This document shows, piece by piece, positions 19,851 to 27,952 of a DNA stretch of 63,707 bases. The DNA is from Gammaproteobacteria bacterium (GTDB lineage Bacteria > Pseudomonadota > Gammaproteobacteria > Steroidobacterales > UBA11654), in NCBI GenBank assembly GCA_029941465.1, contig JAPYQN010000001.1, positions 1 through 63,707 of the forward strand, read 5' to 3'. Below the pieces are notes generated by a model. It had not been told where the DNA came from and did not search any database. It was given only the letters and a program-made list of their open reading frames with translations. The position numbers and the translations under genes were made by a program. Numbering within the stretch: the stretch's first letter is position 1; every line of letters begins with the position of its first letter.

Positions 19851-21784
19851 AGAATTTATCAAAAATATTGATTGCTAATCGAGGTGAGATTGCTTCAAGA
19901 ATTATTCGTTCAGCCCATGAATCTAATTTATTAACTGTAGCTATTTATTCCGATGCAGATAAAAATTTACCTTATGTCAAAGAGGCAAGCCAATCTGTAA
20001 GGCTAGAATCATCATATTTGGATTCTCATGCAATTATAAAAGCAGCTAAACAAACCAACGCTGATGCGATTCACCCTGGTTATGGTTTTTTATCCGAAAA
20101 TCATGAGTTTGCTAAATTGGTAAAAAAGGAAAAATTAATCTGGATAGGTCCTCCAGCTGAGGTTGTGAGAATTATGGGTGACAAGATCGAGGCAAAAAAA
20201 CATGCTAAACAGGCTGGTCTTTCAATATTACCTTCTGGAAGAACAGAAAAATCTATACAGAATATTAACTACCCATTGTTAATTAAAGCAGCAGCAGGAG
20301 GTGGCGGTAAAGGTATGCGGATTGTTGAAAACAAGTCGGATTTAAAAGAATCAATAAAACTTGCCAAACAAGAAGCAAAGAATGCTTTTGGTGATGATCG
20401 TATATTTATTGAACGCTATGTAAAAAGTTCAAGACACATAGAAGTTCAAATTTTGGCAGATCAATATGGCAATGTGATTCACCTCGGAGAAAGAGAGTGT
20501 TCTATCCAACGAAGACATCAAAAAATTATTGAAGAGGCTCCTTCAGTAAGATTATCTGACAATTTGAGAGAACAGATAACTAACGCAGCTGTGGCACTAA
20601 CTCAACAGATCAACTATGAATCAGCAGGCACTATCGAATTCTTATTCGATGAACAATCAAATGATTTTTGGTTTCTTGAAATGAACACCAGATTACAAGT
20701 TGAGCACCCCGTTACGGAAATGGTTACTGGCATTGATATAGTTAGAGAACAGATCAACATTGCTCAAGGCAGAGAATTAAGTATCAATCAAAATGATATT
20801 CAAACAGAAGGGCATTCTATTGAAGCAAGAATATACGCAGAAGATCCTGATAATGATTTTCTACCTTCAACTGGAAAATTAATAGCTGATAATCATATAA
20901 ATAAAGATGACATTCGATGGGACACTGGTGTCGAAGAAGGAATAGAGATTGGCACAGACTTTGATCCAATGTTGGCGAAAGTGATTTCATACGGTTCAAC
21001 CAGAGCAAAAGCAATTAAGAAGCTCTTGAGAGAACTGCAATTAGTTCACTTCGGAGGATTTACTAATAACATAGAATTCTTAATTAACATTTTAAGTGAT
21101 AAGAATTTTATCAGTGGTAAAACCACCACAGATTTTATTAAATTACATCAACCTAAGGGACATATCAGATTAGACGAGGATGAAAAATTATACATAGGTA
21201 TAACAGCAGCATTGTGGCTTCAAGGATTAAATCGTTACACTGCTACTGTTTTAAAGCACATACCGTCAGGATGGCATAATGCTCGTCTACCAAATCAAAA
21301 AACTTTGTTTGAAATAGATGGTGAGAGAATACAGATTCAATACAAAAGACAAAGAGACGGATCTTTCATAACATCAACTGATAATAAAGCAGTTATTCAT
21401 GCTTGGCAGAACAATTCTATAGATATTGAAATAGATGGTTTACGCTATCAGTCCAAAATATCAATGAATGATGATTTATTGTTAGTGCAGCATCCAAAAG
21501 GATCAAAGGTCTTAACGCTTCTTCCAAGGTTCAAATCATCTGATTCAAAAACAGTTAAAGGCTCATTGGTGTCACCAATGCCCGGTAAGGTTATAGAAAT
21601 TAAAATAAAACCAGGGCAAGCTGTTTTAAGCGGTGATGAGTTGGTGGTTATCGAAGCAATGAAGATGAATCATACAATTTCTGCAGATCAAGATGGTGTG
21701 GTTAGTGAGATTTTTATTGAGGTTGGTGATCAGTTAGATCTGGGAGCAAATTTATTAACTCTCTCAGGAGATAAACCTAAATGA
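19847..21784 (+). CDS. Acyl-CoA carboxylase alpha subunit (biotin carboxylase plus biotinyl carrier domain)
   Basis: 645 aa with a GTG start that overlaps the beta subunit gene by 4 nt. It has an ATP-grasp domain (KAAAGGGGKGMR), EMNTRLQVEHPVTE and the C-terminal biotinylation motif EAMKM. Confidence 0.9.
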   Translation: MKNLSKILIANRGEIASRIIRSAHESNLLTVAIYSDADKNLPYVKEASQSVRLESSYLDSHAIIKAAKQTNADAIHPGYGFLSENHEFAKLVKKEKLIWIGPPAEVVRIMGDKIEAKKHAKQAGLSILPSGRTEKSIQNINYPLLIKAAAGGGGKGMRIVENKSDLKESIKLAKQEAKNAFGDDRIFIERYVKSSRHIEVQILADQYGNVIHLGERECSIQRRHQKIIEEAPSVRLSDNLREQITNAAVALTQQINYESAGTIEFLFDEQSNDFWFLEMNTRLQVEHPVTEMVTGIDIVREQINIAQGRELSINQNDIQTEGHSIEARIYAEDPDNDFLPSTGKLIADNHINKDDIRWDTGVEEGIEIGTDFDPMLAKVISYGSTRAKAIKKLLRELQLVHFGGFTNNIEFLINILSDKNFISGKTTTDFIKLHQPKGHIRLDEDEKLYIGITAALWLQGLNRYTATVLKHIPSGWHNARLPNQKTLFEIDGERIQIQYKRQRDGSFITSTDNKAVIHAWQNNSIDIEIDGLRYQSKISMNDDLLLVQHPKGSKVLTLLPRFKSSDSKTVKGSLVSPMPGKVIEIKIKPGQAVLSGDELVVIEAMKMNHTISADQDGVVSEIFIEVGDQLDLGANLLTLSGDKPK

Positions 21785-22389
21785 ATAACCAAAGATCAAT
21801 TAACAAAAACTCATCAGTTCTTACAGAAAAACATATTCTGGTTATGGAGGACTTTGAACAACTACTAGACTCGGGCATAGCTAATCAAACCATGTCTGAT
21901 ATAGCTTCAAGACTCAAGGTCTCACTCAGGACATTATATGAAATAGCAGCTAGTAAAGAAGACCTGATTGTTTCAACAATGGATAGAATTCTAACAAATA
22001 TTGCCATCCAGGCAGTTAGTTCAATCAAAGATATTTCATCACCATTAGCTAAACTAAAAAAATTTACTGAGATTGGAAATGAAGCAGTTGGTCCTAGGAC
22101 ACAAAAATTTGAAGCTGATCTTTGGAAAATTAAAGGGGCTAAAGAAATGATTGATTATCATCAGGATGCCTATATTAATCATATAAAGAAATTTCTTGAT
22201 GAGGCAGAACAAAAAAATGAAATTGAACCGATAGACACCCAAGCAGTCGCACTTATTTTAGGAGGGATTGCCAGAGAATATTCAGACCCAAACAACATAG
22301 ACAAACTTGAACATTCACCTGAATCCTCATCAAACATGCTAACTGATTTAATCATTAAAGGTTTAGCAAAAGAGAATAATAATGAATAA
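21781..22389 (+). CDS. TetR-family transcriptional regulator
   Basis: 202 aa with an N-terminal HTH (MSDIASRLKVSLRTLYEI). It overlaps both neighbours, by 4 nt and 8 nt. Confidence 0.7.
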   Translation: MNNQRSINKNSSVLTEKHILVMEDFEQLLDSGIANQTMSDIASRLKVSLRTLYEIAASKEDLIVSTMDRILTNIAIQAVSSIKDISSPLAKLKKFTEIGNEAVGPRTQKFEADLWKIKGAKEMIDYHQDAYINHIKKFLDEAEQKNEIEPIDTQAVALILGGIAREYSDPNNIDKLEHSPESSSNMLTDLIIKGLAKENNNE

Positions 22390-24154
22390 CGATATTATTA
22401 GAATCGCCAATTGCAGTGGCTATTATGGAGATAAGTTATCAGCAGCTAAGGAGTTAGTAGATGGAGGTCCAATTGACGTATTAACAGGTGATTATTTGGC
22501 TGAATTAACCATGGGCATTCTCTACAGTCAAATATTGCAACGAGGCAGTGATAAAGGCTATGTAGCAACTTTTTTAAAGCAATTAAAAGAAATAGCTCAG
22601 TCATGCCAAGATAAAAATATAAAAATTGTCGTTAATGCTGGAGGATTAAATCCAAAATCAATGAGCCAGGAAGTTCAATCAATCCTTGATGATATGAATC
22701 TTTCAAGTCGTGTTGCTTATATTGATGGCGATGATATATCTAAAGATCTTCAAGCTCTGCAGGAACAAGGAGAAAAGTTTAATAATATAGACAGAGAAAC
22801 ATCACTTAAAGACTCAGGGTATAAGACACTCACAGCCAATACTTATTTAGGTGCTTGGGGCATTAAAGAAGCCTTAGATCAGAACGCTGATATTGTTATT
22901 TGCCCAAGGGTCACTGATGCTTCAGTAGTAATGGGACCTGCAGCATGGAAGTTTAATTGGCAGCGAGATGATTATGACCAATTAGCAGGAGCACTGGCTG
23001 CTGGACATATTATTGAATGCGGAGCACAAGCCACAGGTGGAAACTACGCTTTTTTTCAAGAAGTAAAATCCTTTAAGAACATTGGTTATCCAATAGCAGA
23101 AATACATGAAGACGGTTCATGTGTTATTACTAAACATAAGAACACAGGCGGACTGGTTTCTGTTGGCACAGTTACTGCACAACTGCTTTATGAAATTAGT
23201 TCAACGGAATATTTAAATCCTGATGTGACCGGGCATTTCAATACTTTGAAAATGGAACAGATTGGTGATGATCGTGTAATGATTAGTGGCTGTAAAGGAA
23301 GCCCCCCACCAGCAACTCATAAAGTTTGTATAAATTTAGCAGGCGGTTATAGAAACGGAATGGAGTTAATCCTAACTGGTTTAGATATTGAACAAAAAGC
23401 AGAAACCCTAACTGATGCTCTTTTTGATTCACTGGGAGGTAAAGAACAGTTTGATGAAGTTATAATTGATCTTATTCGTCAAGATAAAAGTGACCCTGAT
23501 ACTCATGAAGAAGCTATGGCGCTACTAAGAATTATTGTTAAGTCACATAATACTAAACTAGTTGGAAGGGTATTTACTGCGAAGGTAGTTGAGTTAGCAT
23601 TAGCAAATTACCCAGGTTGGTTTTCTAAGGACTCTATCGGTTCAGGTACTCCATTTATTGTCTATTGGCCCGCACTAATTGATTCTAAATACGTAAAAGA
23701 GCTAGTCCATATTGACAATAAAGAGACAGAAGTCTTGCCAACAAACCAACTTAAGCTTGCTGATAGTGAAAAACCAAAGGTTGATATCATTGTTCCAGAT
23801 TTTAATGATGATAAAACTGAAGAAATATATTTTGGACGATTAATTGGTGCTCGATCTGGAGATAAAGGTGGTTGTGCTAATCTTGGTGTTTGGGTTAAAA
23901 GTGAAAAGGCTTATTCTTTTCTTTATCATTTTCTTACAGTCCAGAAACTTAAAGAGCTGCTGTCAGACTTAACTGATTATAAAATAGAGCGATTTGATTT
24001 TCCTAATTTAAAGGCTGTTAATTTTTATATCCATGGGATATTGGGTGACGGGGCATCGTCTAATACCAAAGTTGATGCCTTAGCAAAATCACTCGGGGAA
24101 TACCTAAGGGCTAAAAAAGTGAATGTACCTAAAGAACTTTTAAAGGAGATATAG
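22382..24154 (+). CDS. AtuA-like acyclic terpene utilization family protein (DUF1446)
   Basis: 590 aa. The N-terminus IRIANCSGYYGDKLSAAKELVDGGPIDVLTGDYLAELTM matches the DUF1446/AtuA pattern, and the length is as in Pseudomonas AtuA. Confidence 0.7.
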   Translation: MNNDIIRIANCSGYYGDKLSAAKELVDGGPIDVLTGDYLAELTMGILYSQILQRGSDKGYVATFLKQLKEIAQSCQDKNIKIVVNAGGLNPKSMSQEVQSILDDMNLSSRVAYIDGDDISKDLQALQEQGEKFNNIDRETSLKDSGYKTLTANTYLGAWGIKEALDQNADIVICPRVTDASVVMGPAAWKFNWQRDDYDQLAGALAAGHIIECGAQATGGNYAFFQEVKSFKNIGYPIAEIHEDGSCVITKHKNTGGLVSVGTVTAQLLYEISSTEYLNPDVTGHFNTLKMEQIGDDRVMISGCKGSPPPATHKVCINLAGGYRNGMELILTGLDIEQKAETLTDALFDSLGGKEQFDEVIIDLIRQDKSDPDTHEEAMALLRIIVKSHNTKLVGRVFTAKVVELALANYPGWFSKDSIGSGTPFIVYWPALIDSKYVKELVHIDNKETEVLPTNQLKLADSEKPKVDIIVPDFNDDKTEEIYFGRLIGARSGDKGGCANLGVWVKSEKAYSFLYHFLTVQKLKELLSDLTDYKIERFDFPNLKAVNFYIHGILGDGASSNTKVDALAKSLGEYLRAKKVNVPKELLKEI

Positions 24155-24982
24155 ATGTCAGCGTCACAAGTAAAAGATCCTAATGATTATGTATTGGATG
24201 CCACAGAAATTACAATTCATAATCATGTTCTGACTATTACCTTAGATAGACCAGACAAGAAGAATGCCATTAATGATTCCATGTCTAATGAAATTATTTA
24301 TGCCTTAAAGTATGCAAGTCAGAATGATTCTGTTCGAGTTGTTGTGATTCAAGCTAATGGCGACACGTTCTGTGCCGGAGGAGATCTCAAAGGCATGTCA
24401 GGGGGGACGGTTGAATCACAATCAACGGTTCCAAAATTAGGTGATGTTGAAGACATCAGTTTATTGATTAGAAATTTAAACAAGCCGGTGATTTGTAAAA
24501 TACAAGGCAATGTTTTCGCAGGTGCTTTAATGATTATTACCAATTCAACGCATGCTTTTGCTAGTGATCAAGCAATATTCGCTGCTCCTGAAATCAAAAG
24601 AGGAATCTGGCCGTTTATGGTAATGGGGGGATTATTTAGAGTCATGCCTAAGCGACAAGGGCTAGATTTTATAATGCGTGGTGAACCAATTGACGCAAAA
24701 ACAGCACAACAATATGGACTAATTAATGAAGCCGTTCCAGCAGAGAAACTAGATGAGTTAACCAATGAGTTAGCAAAATCATTTACACGACTTCCAACAA
24801 ACACCATGAAAATGGGTTTAAAAGCTTATAACGAGCAGGACCATTTGGCTTTTAATGATGCTCTTCCATATCTCAGAGAACAACTGAAAGAGTGTTTAGA
24901 AGGAGAAGATGCTAAAGAAGGTATCACAGCATTTTTTGAAAAAAGACAGCCTCAATGGATAGGAGAAGATGATGAATCTTGA
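24155..24982 (+). CDS. Enoyl-CoA hydratase/isomerase (crotonase) family protein
   Basis: 275 aa with ITLDRPDKKNAIN and FCAGGDLKG (oxyanion hole). Confidence 0.85.
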   Translation: MSASQVKDPNDYVLDATEITIHNHVLTITLDRPDKKNAINDSMSNEIIYALKYASQNDSVRVVVIQANGDTFCAGGDLKGMSGGTVESQSTVPKLGDVEDISLLIRNLNKPVICKIQGNVFAGALMIITNSTHAFASDQAIFAAPEIKRGIWPFMVMGGLFRVMPKRQGLDFIMRGEPIDAKTAQQYGLINEAVPAEKLDELTNELAKSFTRLPTNTMKMGLKAYNEQDHLAFNDALPYLREQLKECLEGEDAKEGITAFFEKRQPQWIGEDDES

Positions 24983-26207
24983 TTTTGGAAGCAAGTATGA
25001 TGGTTTTAGAGATGAAGTAAAAGAGTTCTGCAATCATTATGAGGGAGTCCAACTCACAGGCACTCTAGGTACTCTTTATGGGCATGAGGAAATTAAAAAT
25101 TCAAAAAAACAAGATCTTAAAATCTCAATCCAAGACTGGCAAAAAATTCTTATTGAGCACGGCTATTTTGCCAGAAATATCCCAATAAAATATGGTGGAT
25201 ATGGAGATGAATTGGATATTGTAAAAAATGTAATTATTACAGATGAGTTTTCACATGCAAAAATTCCAGTAGCTACAGGTGGGCAAGGAATTGACTTCTT
25301 GGTACCAACACTCCTTGAAATGGGTACAGAAGAACAAAAGAATAGATATATTAAGCCGGCTCTTCATCTAGATGAAATATGGTGTCAAGGTTATTCGGAG
25401 CCGAACGCTGGGAGTGATTTAGCAAGCTTACAGACGAAAGGCATTCTTGATGGTGATGAGTGGGTGATTAATGGTCAAAAGATTTGGACCAGCACTGCTA
25501 AATACGCACAAATGATGTTTTGTTTGGTTCGAACAGAACCTGATGTGCCTAAGCATCAAGGGATTAGTTATCTATTAATTCCCATGGATACACCTGGTAT
25601 TGAAATAAGACCGCTGGTTGATATGACTTTGAACGCTGGTTTTAACGAGGTCTTTTTTACTAATGTTAGGATCCCTGCAACTAATATTATAGGAGAACGA
25701 GGGCAGGGTTGGTTAGTTGCGAACAAGACACTGACCCATGAAAGAAGTTCACTGGGTGATCCGAATAAAATGGTTACAAGATTTAATAAACTTGTTGAAT
25801 TAATGAAAAACGAGTCAATAGACGGGGAAAGAATTATTGATAAGCCAGTGTTTAGAGATCGATTAATGAAAACACAAGGCAAAGTCTTAGCTCTAAAAAC
25901 ACATGGATTACGCTTACTATCATCTCAACTAAATAAAGAACAAGATGTGACTTTAGGCAGAATGATTGTAAAACTATATGGCACTGAAATGAGATATGAA
26001 CTTGAATCTCTTGCCATTGATGTTATGGGTGAGTTGGGAACGCTTTATGAGAACAGTCCTCATATAAGAGCAGCAGGAAGTTGGCAATATGCTTATATGT
26101 ACTACCTTGGATTAATTATTGGTGGCGGCACTAGTCAAATACAAAAAAATATAATCTCTGAACGAGGCTTAGGCTTACCAAAAGAACCTAAGTATCAGGA
26201 GGCATAA
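24969..26207 (+). CDS. Acyl-CoA dehydrogenase (larger partner of an adjacent pair)
   Basis: 412 aa with CQGYSEPNAGSDLASLQT, IWTSTA and GGGTSQIQKNIISERGLGLP. Confidence 0.85.
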   Translation: MMNLDFGSKYDGFRDEVKEFCNHYEGVQLTGTLGTLYGHEEIKNSKKQDLKISIQDWQKILIEHGYFARNIPIKYGGYGDELDIVKNVIITDEFSHAKIPVATGGQGIDFLVPTLLEMGTEEQKNRYIKPALHLDEIWCQGYSEPNAGSDLASLQTKGILDGDEWVINGQKIWTSTAKYAQMMFCLVRTEPDVPKHQGISYLLIPMDTPGIEIRPLVDMTLNAGFNEVFFTNVRIPATNIIGERGQGWLVANKTLTHERSSLGDPNKMVTRFNKLVELMKNESIDGERIIDKPVFRDRLMKTQGKVLALKTHGLRLLSSQLNKEQDVTLGRMIVKLYGTEMRYELESLAIDVMGELGTLYENSPHIRAAGSWQYAYMYYLGLIIGGGTSQIQKNIISERGLGLPKEPKYQEA

Positions 26208-26209
26208 CC

Positions 26210-27298
26210 ATGTACTTTGGATTATCTGAAGAACAAGAGTTTTTTCAAGAAACGATCAGTAGATTCTTAGAAGGCGAATCCACTATTGATGCAATAAGAA
26301 ATTTTACTCACGGCAATAATTCTGACTTTCCAGAATCAATACATTCTGGTTTATTAGAGTTGGGTATTAATGGCTTAATTATTCCTGAAGAATATGGAGG
26401 CCTCGAACAAGATCTTTTATCAGCAGCAGCAGTTTCAGAAACATTGGGAGCAGGGGTCGCAATTTCACCATTTATTGGATCTTATGTTATGGCTCCATAC
26501 GCAATTATAAAGGCGGGATCAGAGACACAAAGAGATAAATACCTTAAGGGCATTGTTGAAGGTAGTGTCAGATTCGGAGTCGGTTTAACCGAGTTCGTGG
26601 CATCAAGGGAGGGAGCAAAAATTACAATAGAATCTAAGAAAGCCAATGGAAGAGCTTTATTTGTGTTTGATGCAAACAACGCCACTCATTTCTTACTCTG
26701 TGATTCTTCAGGGCAACTTTTTATCATTGACGCCAAGGCCAAAGGTCTGGATATTATTGAATTAACCACAGTTGATAAAACCTCAAGCTTTGTCGAACTG
26801 ATTATCAAAGATGTTGAAATTGATAGACTCGTTAATCAATCAAATCATCAAGATATTACCCAAAGAGTAGTAGATCTTGGTCGTTTATTAATTGCAGCAG
26901 ATTCTCTAGGAGCATCCCAGGTAATGATTAACAAGTCAGTTAGTTACTCCAAGGAGAGAAAACAATTCGGGAGAGTCATTGGTAGTTTCCAAGCAGTTAA
27001 ACACATGTGTGCAGAGATGACTGCTAATCTTGAACCTTGTTATTCATTAATTTGGTACACCGCTCATTGCATGGATCATATCCCTAAGGAATCACATTTA
27101 ATGGCATCTCACTGCAAAGCTCATGTCTCAGAAGTTGCCTCATCAATAGCTAAGACTGCAACAGAAGTTCACGGCGGTATGGGGTTTACTGATGAACTCG
27201 GGCTCCATTATTGGTTTAAAAGAATCGGAATGAATCGACAATTATTGGGCGGAGTGGACACGGTAAGAGAAGAGGCAGCTAACTCGCAGGGTTTCTAG
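26210..27298 (+). CDS. Acyl-CoA dehydrogenase family protein (smaller partner, with a degenerate FAD-binding motif)
   Basis: 362 aa, starting 2 nt after the preceding ACAD. ACAD C-terminal blocks are present (FGRVIGSFQAVKHMCAEM, VHGGMGFTDE). The usual EP.AGSD block reads LTEFVASREGA. Confidence 0.75.
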   Translation: MYFGLSEEQEFFQETISRFLEGESTIDAIRNFTHGNNSDFPESIHSGLLELGINGLIIPEEYGGLEQDLLSAAAVSETLGAGVAISPFIGSYVMAPYAIIKAGSETQRDKYLKGIVEGSVRFGVGLTEFVASREGAKITIESKKANGRALFVFDANNATHFLLCDSSGQLFIIDAKAKGLDIIELTTVDKTSSFVELIIKDVEIDRLVNQSNHQDITQRVVDLGRLLIAADSLGASQVMINKSVSYSKERKQFGRVIGSFQAVKHMCAEMTANLEPCYSLIWYTAHCMDHIPKESHLMASHCKAHVSEVASSIAKTATEVHGGMGFTDELGLHYWFKRIGMNRQLLGGVDTVREEAANSQGF

Positions 27299-27316
27299 AT
27301 TTCTACTTTTAATTCT

Positions 27317-27724
27317 TTATTGCTTAGCCTGAATGAAATCCTCTAATTGATCGTGACTTATAAAACTGCAATTTGAAAACCACCGTTTTTCAATTTTCGA
27401 TTGACCATCTTTCACAGTTGAAATAATTGTTCCACTTTGTCTCATCGTAGTTTTATCAAGAACAAAAATAGTTAATGCGTTTTCCATTTGATTCCAAGCA
27501 ACTGTTTTCTTGTCCAATTTAGTAATAGCGAATTTTTGAAATTTATTGTTTTTAGTGTTCAAAAATGAAACCAGCATTTTATTAGCGTCAATAATCCACA
27601 AATCTTCAAATTTTGTTTCTCCTTCCATGTGGTAACAATTAAGATTTTGAAGACTATTTTCAGACCTTATTTCTGTAGGGTAGAAAATTGAAAGAAACAT
27701 AAACAAAACAATAAAATTCTTCAT
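27317..27724 (-). CDS. Hypothetical small secreted protein
   Basis: 135 aa with an N-terminal signal-like segment. I recognised no family. Confidence 0.5.
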   Translation of the reverse strand: MKNFIVLFMFLSIFYPTEIRSENSLQNLNCYHMEGETKFEDLWIIDANKMLVSFLNTKNNKFQKFAITKLDKKTVAWNQMENALTIFVLDKTTMRQSGTIISTVKDGQSKIEKRWFSNCSFISHDQLEDFIQAKQ

Positions 27725-27952
27725 TTAGTGAGTTTATAAAAAAAAACAGATTATTTCATAAATAACCAACTGACTAAAAAAATAGGGTAAAGTGCCTAAA
27801 AGCCTTTATATTAAGGCTAATTGTTGTAAAAACACCATATATATAGAATAAAAGACACGACTTATTCTTTGCTATCTCTGAAAAATTTGGCAATATTAGA
27901 GTCTGATTTATATAAATTACTCGTTTTTCAAAAATTGAAGGAGATTAACCCT

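Noticed and set aside
27869-27952. An N-terminal 28-codon extension of the TonB-dependent receptor ORF in the ORF track (TTG start, MLSLKNLAILES...).
   Set aside because: The internal ATG at 27953 is preceded by a strong AAGGAG at ideal spacing and begins a typical signal peptide. The extension has no signal-peptide character.
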